Shown here in pieces: positions 37,534-52,224 of a stretch of 64,000 bases of DNA. Location: contig OX597824.1 of assembly GCA_951406725.2 (NCBI GenBank), positions 31,248,001-31,312,000 on the forward strand, read 5' to 3'. The position numbers were made by a program, and so were the translations under genes. The notes beneath the pieces are model-generated. The model saw only the letters and a program-made list of their open reading frames with translations, was not told the origin of the DNA and made no database searches. The first letter of the stretch is position 1. Each line of letters starts with the position of its first letter. Source of the DNA: Octopus vulgaris (taxonomy: Eukaryota).

Positions 37534-38722
37534 AAATCCGTTCTGTCTGTCTGTGTGTGTCTTCTAGGATCTCGGGCATCCTCCATCCGATTGCGCTCAA
37601 ATTTGATATGTAGATACCGACGGTATCAGGACGTCTTGAAAAAATTACAAAAATCGATTCCAGTTGAGAATGCAATTGATAAAGCCGTGGGAACGTGCAT
37701 TTGTAAAATCGTTTTTCTGGGAATAGAAAAAAGTCTATCTTTATTTCTTATTTTGCTGGTGTCTCAAATTTAGGTTAAATCAGTGTTTCTCAAAGGGGAG
37801 TCCAATGGGACAGTCGGACAAGTTGTTTTGAGAAAATTTAGTTTAAATATTTGACAACTTAGCACCATCCATTGGACGGGGGTGGGGGCGTTTTGTTCGT
37901 CTATTATATAAAATCCGTTCTGTCTGTGTGTGTGTCTTCTAGGATCTCGGGCATCCTCCATCCGATTGTGCTCAAATTTGATATGTAGATATCGACGGTA
38001 TCAGGGCTTGTATAAGTCTTGAAAAAATTACAAAAATCGATTCCAGGTGAGAATGCGATCGATAAAGCAGCGGGAATATGCATTTGTACACGCAAATACA
38101 TCTGCTGTTGCGATCGATACTATGCGTACGCGAGAAAAGTGCACATGCAGTTTGCGCAGAAAAAGCCAGCTGGCTTGAAATAATGCCACAAAATGCAGTA
38201 TATTTAATTTTCATCAAAAATCGCCCCAAGTTGATTTCCTACATGTTTTATTGGATAGACTTATTATTGTCCCAGGTACATTCTCATAAATTCATCATGC
38301 TTTTCCATCTGGATTTACTGCCAGCTAACCCATTTGCATGCATCGTTTTTGTCCTGTTTTTCTTCCGTCAACCTGTACATAACTGCACCTTCCATTTTTT
38401 TTTGTTTTTGTACTGCTTAAAGGCACGTTTCTTTCCTGCTAAGCTTACTGTTTAAACCATGTTTGTGTTCTCCCAATCAACAGCCTTATCATTACTGGTA
38501 CTTTGAACTCTTCGGTTGCATATTTGTGTGAATAAAATCGTTTTTCTTTGGAATAGAAAAAAGTCTATCTCTATTTCTTTTTTTGCTGGTGTCTCAAATT
38601 TAGGTTAAATCAGTGTTTCTCAGGGGAGGCCTATGGGACGGTCTGACAAGTTGTTTTGAGAAAATTTGGTTTAAATGTTTGACAACTCAGCACCGTCCAT
38701 TGGATGGGGGCATTTTGCTCGT
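37525..38722 (+). mobile_element. Two head-to-tail non-autonomous Helitron-like copies (~37525-37899 internally deleted; 37900-38722)
   Basis: 5' TCTATTATATAAAA plus (CTGT)n; 3' hairpin CCGTCCA-T-TGGA(C/T)GG followed by YTCG-T; no TSD; junction ttcg|tctatt. Confidence 0.65.
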
Positions 38723-38784
38723 ATATATATATATATATAAATGCAACGCACCCTGGCTTTTATTTTCAGTAAGTTATATATCTA

Positions 38785-40011
38785 CAGTGGTTGGATAAAA
38801 TAATAGAAACACATTAAAATTTCAAACAAATTTATTTTAATATTGGGTAGGACCACCTTTGGCAGTAATTACTGCTTGAATTCTATGAGGTATGGACTCC
38901 TACAAAGTTTGAATTGTTTCCAAAGGAATTTTTGTCCATTGTTCAGTTAAAACAGTCTCCAGTTCTTGTAGTGATGACGATGGATGATATCGATTCCTTA
39001 CTTGTTTTTCTAAAATGTACCATAAATGTTCAGTAATATTGAGATTTGAGGACTGTGGTGGCCAGATAAAATGTTCAACTTCACTAGAATGTTCCTTGTG
39101 CCATTGAATAACAACTTTAGCTGTGTGAATTGGTGCATTGTCATCCTGAAAGGTTGCGTTTCCCTCCGGAAAGTGTTCCCCAACCATAGGATGAATTTGA
39201 TCAGATAAAATGCTAAAATAGTCTTGACTATTAACTTTGTTATGAAGGGAAACCATTGGGCTGATGGGTTTCCAAGATATAACTTCCAGATCATCACAGA
39301 TCCTCCTCTATGTTTAACAGTTGTAAGAAGGCAGTCTGGGTCAAATGCTTCTTTTGGATGTCTCCAGCCAGTGGTCAGAAATAAGGTAAAGGATGACTCG
39401 TTCAAGAAAATAACATTCTTCCACTGCTCTAAGGACCAATTCTGTAGGTTTTTACTCCACTTTAAATGCTTTGCAACGTTTGTTTTTGAAAGTAGTGGTT
39501 TTCTGATTGCAGCCCTCCCGTGAAATCTGGTTTTATGCAGCTCCCGGCAAACAGTTTTTGTTGAAACTGGGTTCTTGTGGCGATTACGCTCTGCAATAAT
39601 TTCTAACAATTCGCGTAAGAATCCAACAGTCCCTATCTGAAAGTTTTGGTTTTCTTCCGGAGTTTTGTTTCGATGAGGAGCTATTTCCTTCTTTCTGAAA
39701 GGCTTTCATTACTTTTGAAACAGTACTTCTTGATACACCAAACATTTCAGCTGTTTTTGTTACGCTAACGCCTGCCATACAAGCTCCAACAATTTGTCCT
39801 CTTTGAAAGTCCGATAGATGTGTCATTTTAATGAATTTTAATTTCCTCTTTCTGATGATATCTGAAAAAAACCCCATAGCAATTTTAGCAAAACATATTA
39901 AGCAGCACTAATAATAAAACAAAAAGCATAAAAATAAACAAGCTTTTGACAGTTTTACAGATATTTCAAAATTATGATGGTAGGTGTTTCCATTATTTTG
40001 TCCAACCCCTG
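38785..40011 (-). mobile_element. Tc1-like transposon (defective)
   Basis: TIRs cagtggttggataaaataatagaaacac / gtgtttccattattttgtccaacccctg with TA TSD; motifs LSDFQRGQIVG, KNVIFLNES, FQDDNAPIH, WPPQSSNLNITEHLW. Confidence 0.95.
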
Positions 40012-40020
40012 TATATATAT

Positions 40021-40330
40021 GTCACTTTTTTTACCCCTCGGCAAAAAAATTTTATTTAATTCATTTTGCGAGAAGGACTGTTTTGGCGTGGCCGTGTTCT
40101 GCCCTTACCTTCGAAACACGCATTGGGTCGAAACAGGGGAATGTTCCTTGTGTTGTTTGTCTTGTACTCTGTTTTTTCGTTGTTAAAAAAAGTCCGTTTC
40201 CTTGTTTGGTTTTATGTTTTTGTTTCCCGTTGTGTTCTACGTTTATTTGTGGTGTCCTGTAGTCATATATGCATGTATATATACATATAGATGTAGGTAT
40301 GTACATATATGTATGTATGCATATGTTTTA
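40021..40330 (+). mobile_element. TA-tailed element of the 52225-52560 family; decayed permuted-HHR scaffold at about 40070-40140
   Basis: Shared end gtcctgta..catatatgcatgtata...gtaggtatgtacatatatgtatgtatgcata. GAAGG/CCTTC-GAAAC-ACG pairing with CGTGT is retained, but the CUGANGA part is lost. Confidence 0.6.
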
Positions 40331-40342
40331 TTTATTAAATTG

Positions 40343-40389
<47 letters not shown>

Positions 40390-40392
<3 letters not shown>

Positions 40393-40610
40393 TGTGTGTG
40401 TGTGTTTGTGTGTCTGTGTTTTTCCCCCTAGCATTGCTTGACAACCGATGCTGGTGTGTTTACGTCCCCGTCACTTAGCGGTTCGGCAAAAGAGACCGAT
40501 AGAATAAGTACTGGGCTTACAAAGAATAAGTCCCGGGGTCGATTTGCTCGACTAAAGGCGGTGCTCCAGCATGTCCACAGTCAAATGACTGAAACAAGTA
40601 AAAGAGTAAA

Positions 40611-40612
<2 letters not shown>
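40390..40612 (+). mobile_element. SINE family A, 3' half
   Basis: Reverse complement of 34850-35060. Confidence 0.85.
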
Positions 40613-40657
<45 letters not shown>

Positions 40658-41218
40658 TATATATATATACACATATATATGATAGGCTTCTTTCAGTCTC
40701 ACTTGTTCTTTCCTTTCTCTCGTTATTTCTTTTTTTTAGTTCATTTATGCAATGCCGTTTATTTCAAGTTTTGGTGCACACACTAACTACATTGAACTGT
40801 GCAACTACGATGAAGTGTCATATATCTTACATAATGTGTATTATATACAAGAGAGTTACTATGTTACTAACATATTATATTACTCCCGGGGCTTACAATA
40901 GCAATGACGATTTTTCACACACTAAAACGAAATTGATATCGTGTTAATTATTATTTATCTGTTTCAGACTGACAAACTAATCTTCATTAAACCGTGTCAT
41001 TGTCTGGTGAAATTGTGGAACGGATTAAACTGCAACCGGAAAGCGTACCCGCTAAATAGGTCCTTTTTGGGAGAGCAGCCCTAACGAAAGGTGGGGGAGG
41101 GAACGGTAAACAGAAAGAGATATGTTTAGGATACAATATTTAGCAGAGAGTGATGTTCTGGTGGTAAGGTTAAAGAAAGGCAGATAAAGAGAGATAGACA
41201 GGAGAGAAAGTTTCATTA

Positions 41219-41266
<48 letters not shown>

Positions 41267-41439
41267 AAAGAAATGGGGAGGGAGAGAGAGAGAGAGAGAG
41301 AAATAAAGATTGCATTTACATTGTCGAAGTTGTGGTACATCAACAACAATAAAAGTAGATATAAACAAACAGCCGAAATAAAATGAAGTGAACATTGTTA
41401 CTGGAAACTATAGTGATAATAGTGGTGGTGGTGGTGGGG

Positions 41440-41642
41440 TGTACTCATTTACTCTTTTACTTGTTTCAGTCATTTGGCTGTGCCCTGCTGGAACACCGCC
41501 TTTAGTCGAACAAATCGACCCCAGTACTTATACTTGTAAGCCTAGTACTTATACTATCGGTCTCTTTTGCCGAACCACTAAGTTACGGGGACGTAAATAC
41601 ACCAGCATCGGTTGTTAAGCGATGTTGGAGGGACAAACTCAG

Positions 41643-41691
<49 letters not shown>

Positions 41692-42110
41692 CGATAGGCT
41701 TCTTTCAGTTTCCGTCTAGCAAATCCACTCACAAGGCTTTGGTCGGCCTGAGGCTATAGTAGAAGACACTTACCCAAGGTGCCACGCAGTGGGACTGAAT
41801 CCAGAACTATGTGGTTTGTAAGCAAACTACTTACCTATTTCTTTATTACCCACAAGGGGCTAAACACAGAGGGGACAAACAAGGACAGACATAGGTATTA
41901 AGTCGATTATATCGACCCCAGTGCGTAACTGGTACTTAATTTATCGACCCCGAAAGGATGAAAGGCAAAGTCGACCTCGGCGGAATTTGAACTCACAACG
42001 TAACGCAGACGAAATACCGTAAAGCATTTCGCCCGGCGCGCTAACGTTTCTGCCAGCTCGCCGCCAATTTGTAAGCAAACTACTTACCACACAGCCACTC
42101 CTATGCCTAC
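41440..42110 (-). mobile_element. SINE family A interrupted by a family B SINE
   Basis: Family A sequence resumes after 42067. Confidence 0.88.
41836..42067 (-). mobile_element. SINE family B, full length, with 21-bp TSD
   Basis: tttgtaagcaaactacttacc is duplicated at 41815-41835 and 42068-42088; head ggcggcgagctggcagaaacgttagc. Confidence 0.92.
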
Positions 42111-42661
42111 TGTTTATAGTGAAAAGAATTTTTTTAATTATTAAACTATTGTTGTTATATTTGTTTGTTCACACTTTACATTTTGTTAGAGAGGAAAGGA
42201 AGTTGACTGAGGGAGAGGAAGACGGTGAGTCACACTAATTCATATCAATACCTGAACGTCATTAAAAAAAAAGACCTGCAGTTCATAACTTTGATTTTCA
42301 TAAACAATTCTAATTAATATAACAAAGTAAACACTTCTTATAATTTAATATTTAATATCTAAATTTTTAAACTCTACAACTCTTTGGATACAAAATTCAA
42401 CAGTAACTGATTTAGTTAATTGTTAGTGCATCACAAAGACTGAGAACTAGGATTGGTTCCCAGTTTTAGTATAAATAAAACGGTGAAGAGTGACAAACAA
42501 CATTTTTATTGAGATCAACTGGTAAAACGTCTTCTTTCTAGACAGGTCAGTCCATTGATTTGATTCACGTCCTATACAGCCACGTCTGAAGTTTGTGAAA
42601 GTTATATCAAAATATTTGTGAGTTTTCAATACTTCTTATAACACTATTTTTTAAGCAAAAG

Positions 42662-42693
<32 letters not shown>

Positions 42694-42694
42694 C

Positions 42695-42751
<57 letters not shown>

Positions 42752-42840
42752 ATATTTATATGAGTGTGTGTGTGTGTGTAAAACCATTGGCCTATGGCTT
42801 CTCTAGCAAGTTGAATATCTAGAAAATGTTTGTGTATGTA

Positions 42841-42990
<150 letters not shown>

Positions 42991-43052
42991 CATATATATG
43001 TATATATATTTATATTTATATATATATGTATATATATGTACATATATATATA

Positions 43053-43280
<228 letters not shown>

Positions 43281-43470
43281 CAGATAGGTATGTATGCATA
43301 AATGTATTAAATATTTATTTTTAAAAACCAAAAAATACAAGTTATTAAATTAAAAATACATGTTAAAAGTTAGTACTATTAGCTGGTATTTTGATATTTC
43401 AGAGTTAGAAACCCCTTTTCAGGAAACGTTCTTATATTACCAGATAATATTACTAACCATTAAGTTAACA

Positions 43471-43675
43471 AGCTGGCAGATTATTAGTTCACCAGATAAA
43501 ATGCTTAATGGCATTTCATCTGTCTTTATGTCCTGAGTTCAATTCTGCTGAAGATGACATTGCTTTTCATCTTTTCAGAGTCAATAAAATAAGTACCAGT
43601 TGAGCACTGGGGTTGATGTAATCAATTTACTGTCACCTCATGAATTGCTGGCTTTGTGCCAAAATTTGAAACCAG
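43471..43675 (+). mobile_element. SINE family B (old copy)
   Basis: agctggcaga...aagtaccagttgagcactggggttgatgtaatc. Confidence 0.65.
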
Positions 43676-43815
43676 CATTGCTCGCAATTGATCTGCATTT
43701 AAAATTTTTTACTTACATTTTTTTGTCTTTAAAAACAATCTTTAGAACTTTTATATGAGACAATGCATAATGAAAATTATACATACACGCACACGAACAC
43801 ATACACACGTATGCA

Positions 43816-43867
<52 letters not shown>

Positions 43868-43869
43868 GA

Positions 43870-44912
43870 TAGATCTAATATATATGTGTTTTGCGTATGT
43901 ATATATATTAATTTATTAATTAATCAACATATTCACCAACAATTGTTTCATTTCACAAACAAAATTAAAATTATTAATTAAATTAATTGGATCTTTTCAA
44001 TTCTGAAGCCAGTTTTTTCAAATTTTTCCTACTGAACCAAACAATTTGAAACTTCGTATACTGGTAGAATGTGTCAAAAGTAAACTTAATTGTAAACCAG
44101 AATGAAAACGGAATTGTAACTTCTAAGTTTAACGTTGTTTAATAATTAGAATTTTAACCAATGATATTCCGTCATTCGGCTTTATTTTATTTACTCCGTC
44201 TCGACCACCAATTTGGTGACGTATTAAACATCTTAAATGTAAACAAGCCGCATGTCTCCGTAAATCTCCTTCTAATTATTTAACGTACTCATGTTTCCAG
44301 GATCCTATAGTCAGCCACCTTCTAATAACAATATTTAAAACTAGTTAATAAGCCACATGTATTAAATTGAAAATGTTTCCATTCTGTTAGTACTTGCTTT
44401 CGTTTGCTATTAAGAAGTGGCATCTCAGTGACGAGGCTTCTAACAAGATTTCGTTTCTAAGCTAATGCGTTTCATTTCACTTATTGTATTTATTTGTGCA
44501 AAAGGCAAGAAATTTAATATTAAAAAAGCAAAGAGCTGGCAGAAACGTTAGCACGCCGGGCGAAATACGTAGCCGTATTTCGTCTGCCGTTACGTTCTGT
44601 GTTTGTTTACAGTTTTCCGAACGTTAGTACGTCACAAAAGCGCTTTCTACGTCACACTAATAGAATGCAGTCAAGTTTTACACATGAAAACAAACAATCT
44701 GATTGGTTAAAATTCGCAGTTTTAATCTACGATTAAAGTCATAAAATAGATTTTTCTCAAATAAACTAGTTCCAAGCTGTGTCTTGTTTTGCTAGACTCT
44801 ATCAGCATACGAAGTTTCAGAATATTTAGTTAAGTAGAAAGATCTGTGGTCCTGGCTTCAGAATTGAAAAGATCCAATTAATTAATTAATTAATCTGTAT
44901 ATATTAGATCTC
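43870..44912. mobile_element. Non-autonomous DNA transposon/MITE with long imperfect TIRs
   Basis: aattaattggatcttttcaattctgaagccag (~43981-44011) versus ctggcttcagaattgaaaagatccaattaatt (~44852-44883), plus inner mirrored blocks gaaacttcgtat/atacgaagtttc and aattttaaccaat/attggttaaaatt. Confidence 0.75.
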
Positions 44913-44933
44913 TCAGTTTTCTAACTCAATATG

Positions 44934-44964
<31 letters not shown>

Positions 44965-44979
44965 ATTTTTATTTATGTA

Positions 44980-45014
<35 letters not shown>

Positions 45015-45074
45015 CAAAATACACACATATATTTGCATATGTGTATGTATGTATGTATATACACATATATATGC

Positions 45075-45111
<37 letters not shown>

Positions 45112-45924
45112 TGTATGTATGTATAGGCACATATACCTAACACACACAACCCTACGCACACACATATACACACATGCACATACACACATATACACACTCA
45201 CGCACAACTGCTAAAAAACACACATATACCTCCACGCACAACCCCTCGTTCACATGCACAACATATACATACGCACACACATACGCCCATGCATATGAAC
45301 TCACACTTACCTTCCACACGCACAACATGCACTCATACATACATGTACACCATTACACATACATGGGCATATACACACGCACATACACGCATGCACACGA
45401 ATGCACACACACACACACACAAAGGAACGCACATATACTCAACATACAACCCCACGCACACACACACACACACACATACATGAACACGCAATGAGGCATG
45501 CGCACACTACAAACAAAACATACACACACAACATATAGATACACGCACACACGTACTTCAAACTGCCTTTCTACTGACCATTCCTCAACGCACACCTGAA
45601 GAGACACAACTGCACAAAAGACTAGCATTCCTGCTACTGAATTCTTCCTACAACATTAAGCGACACAGAGTTCATTCACACATACACATATAAACAGCCA
45701 AAACTACAAACACACCACACATACACAAACATACGCACACTCACGTGCTATTACACACACACACATGCGCGTACGCACATACGCACATACGCACACAAAC
45801 ACACTCTCCTGTCTTAGAAAGAACTTTTTCTTCACCTATTCCTTTCCGGTCATTTCAAAATGTAACCTCATGTGAATCGTTAGCAGTTTTCTTCCTCTCT
45901 CTTCCCTTCTATTCGACTTTACTC

Positions 45925-45962
45925 TGTTTCCGAAGAAGAGCATCTGCTCGAAACATTAAACA
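45925..45962 (+). ncRNA. Degenerate minimal hammerhead (left pLTR)
   Basis: TGTTT-CCGAAGA-A-GAGCA(TC)TGCTC-GAAA-CA-TT-AAACA; two core or stem III substitutions. Confidence 0.55.
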
Positions 45963-46077
45963 ATCTTTCTTTCCTTCACTGAGCGTCTGCTAATATTTAC
46001 ATGTACCACGTCCTCTCGTTGTTATTTTTTTTGTTTCTTCCTTTTTTTATTTACTATATATATATATATATATATAT

Positions 46078-48813
46078 ATGCCTACGCCATCACGTCACAC
46101 CCCATGGCTTCCTCTTGAAGTTCCACGCCACCCCCTATTCATCTCCCTCATCGAGCCCACCCTCCCACCTCCTCATCCGTACCACCATCCATTCCACCGC
46201 GCCTTCCTTCACTCCCTTGACCACCAACTTCCCCAGGTTTACCTCCTCCTCTCCTCGCTCTGCCCTCCACCCTTCACCCAACCCATTCTCTGCTTCATTC
46301 TTAATCTCAACCACCAACTCCACAATTTTCTCACACACACAAAAACAAAAAACTCCACCTCTCAAACCTTCACCTCCTCCCCCTCCCACACCCCCTACAC
46401 CCTCCCATTCAGCTCACCCGACCACTCCCAATCCCGCATCCCCCCTGCACCCTCTACAGACCCATACACACCCTACCCTGACTTTTCCACCCCTACCCCA
46501 TCTTCACCCAACCATCCCAACCCTCCTCCCCACACTTCTGCAGCCCTCTTCCTGACCCTACTCATCCCACCACTCTGCTCCCTCACACTGTTGTCACTAT
46601 ACCACCCAACCTCTCCCTCTCCGCTACCGAACACTCACTCCTCAGTAGAGGAGTCCGCTTCTCGCCTCTCACGCCCCACTGCGACGAATTTGAGACCCGC
46701 ACCGATGTCAGCCAGTTCCTGCGCCGCATCAAACTATGCGCATTTTTCCACACGTCTACACAACGTCACGACAATCGGGATTGCTTTTCGGAGCTGGGGC
46801 GCCGTCCATCCAACTGGGCACCGCCTGCAGGCCAATTCAGTAGCCTAGATCTGTTCGTGCACGACTGCAATGCGTTAGTCAACCGATTCCATTTCAAAAA
46901 AGATCCCTCCGAGCCAACCTCACCCGTGCAGAATCGATTGCCCTTCGCAACCGCCGTCGCCGCAACGACATTGTCATCAAATCGGCAGACAAAGGTGGAG
47001 CAGTGGTGTTGTGGCGCGCGGACCTACACAGAGAGGAAGCGCTCAGCCAACTTCAAAATCCCGTCTTCTATCGCCTCCTTCCCTCCAACCCCACCTCCTC
47101 CTACCAACAGCGAGTGACCTCCACCATCCATGACCTCATCTCCTCTTCTGCTCTCCCCCACCGCCACCAACCTCATCATCCGAACACCCCGGAACTCTGC
47201 CATCTATTTCCTTCCCAAAATACATAAACCCAATAACCGTGGTCGCCCTATCGTTTCTGCTTGAAATGGTCCCACCGAACTCATTTCCAAATACCTTGAC
47301 CGCATCCTATCCCCTTTAGTTACTGCCCTCCCATCTCACATATACGACACTAATCACGCCCTTCGCCTCCTCAATTCCTTTTCCTTCCCTCCCGGCCACT
47401 CACACATCCTCTTCACCTTGGACATCAACTTCCTATACACGGTGATTCCCCACAACGACGGTCTCTTAGCCCTTCAATACTTCCTCGAACGTCGCCCTGA
47501 CCCCACACCCAGCACCCCACCCTTCTCCGCCTGGCAGAGCTCATCCTCACCCTCAACTGCTTTACGTTCGCCGGGGAAACCTACCAATAGTTGTCTGGGG
47601 TCGCGATGGGGACGAGAATGGGCCCCAATTTCGCCAGCCTCTTTGTTGGCCACATTGAGGCCCAAGCATTCTCCCAATTCTCCGGGCCGACCCCAGAGTT
47701 ATACGGTTGCTACATAGACGACTGTATAGGTGCCACCTTCCTCTCTCGTGAACAACTCTGCCACTTTATCTCTTTCCTCTCTAACTCCCACCCTTTTCTC
47801 TAATTCACTTCTACTATCTCTAACACCTCGGTTAACTTCCTTGATATCTCTCTTACCATTAACAACCCCTCCCATTCTCTCACCACCTCCGCCTTCTTCA
47901 AACCCACCGATTGCCACCTCTACCTCAACTTCTCTTCCCACCCCTTCCACACCAAACGGACCGTCCCCTACTCCCAGTTCCTCCGCCTCTGACGCTTGTG
48001 CAGCCGTGACCAGGTTTTGAGACCCAGTCCGACTACCTGGCCCGCCTGTTCAGGCATCGAGGATACCCCTCAACCCTTGTCCAAAACGCCCTTGCCCGCA
48101 CTCGTCGAATCGATCGCACCACCGCCCTTTCTCCTTCTCCTCACTAACCCCCTAACCGCACCACCACCCTTTCTCCTTCCCCTCACTAACCCCCTAACCG
48201 CACCCCTTTCCCCTCCTTTTCCACCCCTCCACTCTACCCCTTCATCGGAGGATACTACGGGTCTTCTGTCGTCTCCAGCTTGATCCCACCACCCGCCCCA
48301 TTTTCCCCAACCCACCCTTTTCCTCCTTTAAACGCGCCCGAAACCTACGCGATCTTCTGGTCCGTAGCACCTTCTCTTCCACCAGCCCCACATGGATCCT
48401 TCCCGTGCTCCAGATCCCGCTGCAACACCTGCCCCTTCATCACCAACACTACTTCTCTCACTGGTTCTAATCAGCAAGCTGTTCACATTACAAATTCCTT
48501 CTCTTGTAATTCTTCTATCTAGCCTCATATACTGCATTAAATGCAACTTCTATGGGAAACTATATGTAGCTCAGACGAGCCGCCGACAGGCCGACCGGTT
48601 CACAGAACATCTAAGGGATGTTCGGCTACGTTCGAACACTCCTGTCTCCCTTCACTTCCGCTTGGTCAACCATTCCCCCTCTAGCATCTCCGTCTTTGGC
48701 CTCGCTCTACACCACGGATCCACACACTCAAGACTCCGCCTGGAACAGGTCTATATCTTTAATTTACAGATAACTATCCCCCACGGACTAAATACAACCC
48801 CTCCTTCTATTGA
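46078..48813 (+). pseudogene. PLE RT + GIY-YIG ORF, many frameshifts and stops
   Basis: CLRHHVTPHGFLLK, IVIKSADKGGAVV, PKIHK..GRPIVSA, LDINFLYTVIPH, GVAMGTRMGP, YIDD, CSRSRCNTC, LIYCIKC..LYVAQT...RFTEH, PHGLN. Confidence 0.93.
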
Positions 48814-49805
48814 CTGCCTCTACACCTCCCGCAAGAAGCAACTTAATTTCTTTTCTCATTTTTCATTTTTACTTGTAATTGCGCCATTTATATTGCATTA
48901 ACTTCCTTATCTCCTTTCCACTTTAATTTTTACATTTTATTGTTTTTATAATTTTTTTGTTTTTTTTATTGTTAATAATTTATTGTTTTTATAAATTATT
49001 GTTTTTATTTCTATATACACGCACACATACAGACATACGTACATATCCACGAATGCACATATAACTCCCCCACACACCACACACATACAACACACATACA
49101 TGCACATATACACACAAATACTTCCACACACATACACACACGCATACATACATACATACACACACACACCCACGCGCACACACATATGCGCGTACACACA
49201 CACATGCACAAAACTAATACATACACATACACACAACCCCATGCACACATATATAAACGTACACACAACCACATACACACACATACACAAGCACACGCGC
49301 ATACACGCAACAAAATGCACACATAACCCGACACACATCTCCACGTTCACACACACATATACACTCGCACGTACATACACACATGCACACACGAACATAC
49401 ACACACACGCACTTATACACACGTACATACATACCAACATAATACACTCACATACACACGTACATACACACATACACTAGCAAAGTTTCGCACATATATC
49501 TCCAACACACAATACACATACAGGCACGCACACAATTATACACACATGGGCACAGACACACTCGCACATATACGCACACACGTACGTAACCACACGCACA
49601 CAAGCACACGCACGCACATACACACAGGTGCGCATATATATGCCTACACAAACCCCATAAAAACCCCACACACAACCCGCGCACACACTCCTGTCTTTGA
49701 AAGTACTTTTTCTTCACCCATTCCCATCCGGTCATTTCAATATGTGACGCGTGTGTATCATTGTTGATTTTCTTTCTCCGTCTTCCTTTCCTTGGAACTT
49801 TCCAT

Positions 49806-49840
49806 GTTTCTGACGAAGAGCTTCACTCGAAACGTTAAAT
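49806..49840 (+). ncRNA. Minimal type I hammerhead (right pLTR)
   Basis: GTTT-CTGACGA-A-GAG(CTTCA)CTC-GAAA-CG-TT-AAAT; palindromic AACGTT stem III typical of PLE hammerheads. Confidence 0.75.
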
Positions 49841-49934
49841 CCTCTTTCTTTCTTTCTTTTCCTGAGCGTCCAATAGCACTATACTTTTTCCACGTCCTCG
49901 CGCTGTTGTATTTTCTCTTTGTTCATATATGGAT

Positions 49935-49977
<43 letters not shown>

Positions 49978-50294
49978 GCGCAACACACACACACATTGCA
50001 TACATGTGTCTTTTACGCATGCATGCTCGTGTGACTAAAGCCATTTACACATACATACATACATACATACATACATACATACATACATACATACACACAT
50101 ACATACATACATACATACATACATACATACATACATACATACATACATACATAACAACACCTGTCTGTCTGTTATTGCCAGTAAAAGACGAAATTTTAAA
50201 AATCTGCTCTTTCTCTCTCTCACATTCTCTTTCTTTACACCGTCGCTAGGAGGGAACTTAGCTCATGTTTGCTTTATAAACAATGGTTGGTATC

Positions 50295-51905
50295 ATCGCT
50301 CCTACTTGGTCGAAAACCGTGCTGGGTATCACTCAGCAAGTTATTTTCCTCAAGGAATGCGATTAGTTTCTTTCTGACTATCCGTTCCATGACTTTGCTG
50401 ATGTGTGAAGTCAGAGAGATGGGCCAATAGTTTTTGGCATCTACTCTACTTCCCCCTTTATGTATTGGGCATACTATTCCCTCCTTCAGCTTGCTTGGCA
50501 GTTTGCCATTCGCAAGAAAGCTCTGGAAGAGAATCTTGAGGGGTTTTGCCAGGGCATGCTTACACGCTTTGAGGAGGATTGCTGGGAAACCATCTGGACC
50601 AGCAGCTGAGTTTGTGTCCACTTCATCTATGGCTAGTAGGACATCTTCGCTCATGCCATTACATTCTATTGTAACCGCCTCGCTGGTTATAGGTGAGGCG
50701 GCAAAGAAGTCCACTGGTTCGTTCACTTGTCTGTGTTCCAACGGGGTGGTAAAGACACTTTTGAACTGGTCATTCAGCATTTCACTGATCTTAGTTGGAC
50801 TGTCTGTGAGGGAGCCATCCTTTTGGAGGAGGGGTCCTATCTTGTAGTGCACTGAGACTGTTTCTTTCGCGTTATAAAAGAAGGTCTTTGGTTTTGATTT
50901 AATGTTTTTTATAACCCAGGCTTCTTTGTCTGCTTTCTCCCTCACATAGGATTGTTGTAGCCTTTTTTCGATCTCCATCAGTGTTGTTTTTAGGCAGGAC
51001 GTTTCGCTAGTTTTGGGATGTTGGTTGAGACGATTTGCAACCTTCGTCCGTCGTCTCATGAGGATCTTCCTGTCTCCTGGAATCTTGCTCCTATTTGTTT
51101 CGGCCTTGTGCTCTGGGACATATTTCTGGCATACGGCTTGCACAGAAGACATGAAACATTCTAGTTTCGTGTCAATGTCTGGTGTGGAGGGACATTCCGG
51201 TCAGTCCTCTCTGAGGATCTCTTTTTGGATCGATTTCCAATCTGCTTTGTGGAAGTTCAGATTGGAGAGATTTCGGGTGCTTCCTTTAGGCTGTATGTCT
51301 CTGGTTACTTTTGGCCCAAACCTAGACAGCTCTATTATGTTGTGATCTGAAACTAATGTCGGTGTCACTTTCACATCATGAATGATGTCCATATTGTTCG
51401 TGAAGCAGAGACCCAGAATGTTATTCACCCTAGTTGGTTTGAGTACAACTTGCTCCATTAATAAGGCATTGGTGAGGTTGAGCAGGGACTCCACCTGTAC
51501 TTGCTTGCAATGATTCATTCCTGAGAGTATGTGACCTTCGGGCCATTTGACGTTGGGGAAGTTGAAATCACCCATAAGAAATATGGTCACCTGGTGTTCC
51601 AGATTCATGAGTATTTCTTTAATTCTTGTGAGGCAATCTTCAAACTTGCCTATGTGGTTTGGGGCATCCGGTGGGGAATATGTATTGCATATGACTATAT
51701 TATGTTGTCTTATGTATACAATTAAAGTGTCACATACCGAATTTGAGTATGTCATTAAGACCTGGGATGTGAGGTCATCTCGAATGTATACAGCAACTCC
51801 ACCATGGCTCGTTTCCCTTCTGTCTGTTCGCAGTATGGCATAGTTTGGTATGTGTACTTCTGCGTCCTCTATATCAGGGCTGAGGTGAGTTTCCACGAGT
51901 GCTTG
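50295..51905 (-). pseudogene. CR1-group LINE ORF2 fragment (APE + RT N-terminus), diverged relative of 15149-18108
   Basis: ETHL, SHGGVAVY, MGDFNFP, SDHN, GPDGFPAILLK, PISLTSHISKVMERI, QHGFRP. Confidence 0.92.
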
Positions 51906-52224
51906 ATTGCATATATATATATATTATGTATATATATTATATATATGTGTATATATATATTTATATATATGTATATATATATTTATATGTATATTTATAT
52001 ATATATGTTTATATATATGCATTATTTCTTTCAGTCATTTCATTGCAGCCATACTGGAGCACCACCTTTAATAAAAAAAAATTGACCTCAGGACTCATTC
52101 TTATATATATATATATATAGATAGATAGATAGATAGATAGAATGATAGATAGATATAGATGTAATATATATATATATATATATTTACATATATATATAAA
52201 TATTACATAATAAGTATATGCATA

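Larger units (their letters stand above)
45803..49940 (+). mobile_element. Decayed Penelope-like element with pLTR-like direct repeats (45803-46056, 49686-49940)
   Basis: Homologous but diverged repeats, each containing an HHR motif and ending in (TA)n, bracket a PLE ORF; CA-rich tracts precede each repeat. Confidence 0.85.

Noticed and set aside
42445-42560. CCAAT/TATA-like arrangement as a gene promoter
   Set aside because: Such motifs are expected by chance in AT-rich DNA; no linked exon evidence.
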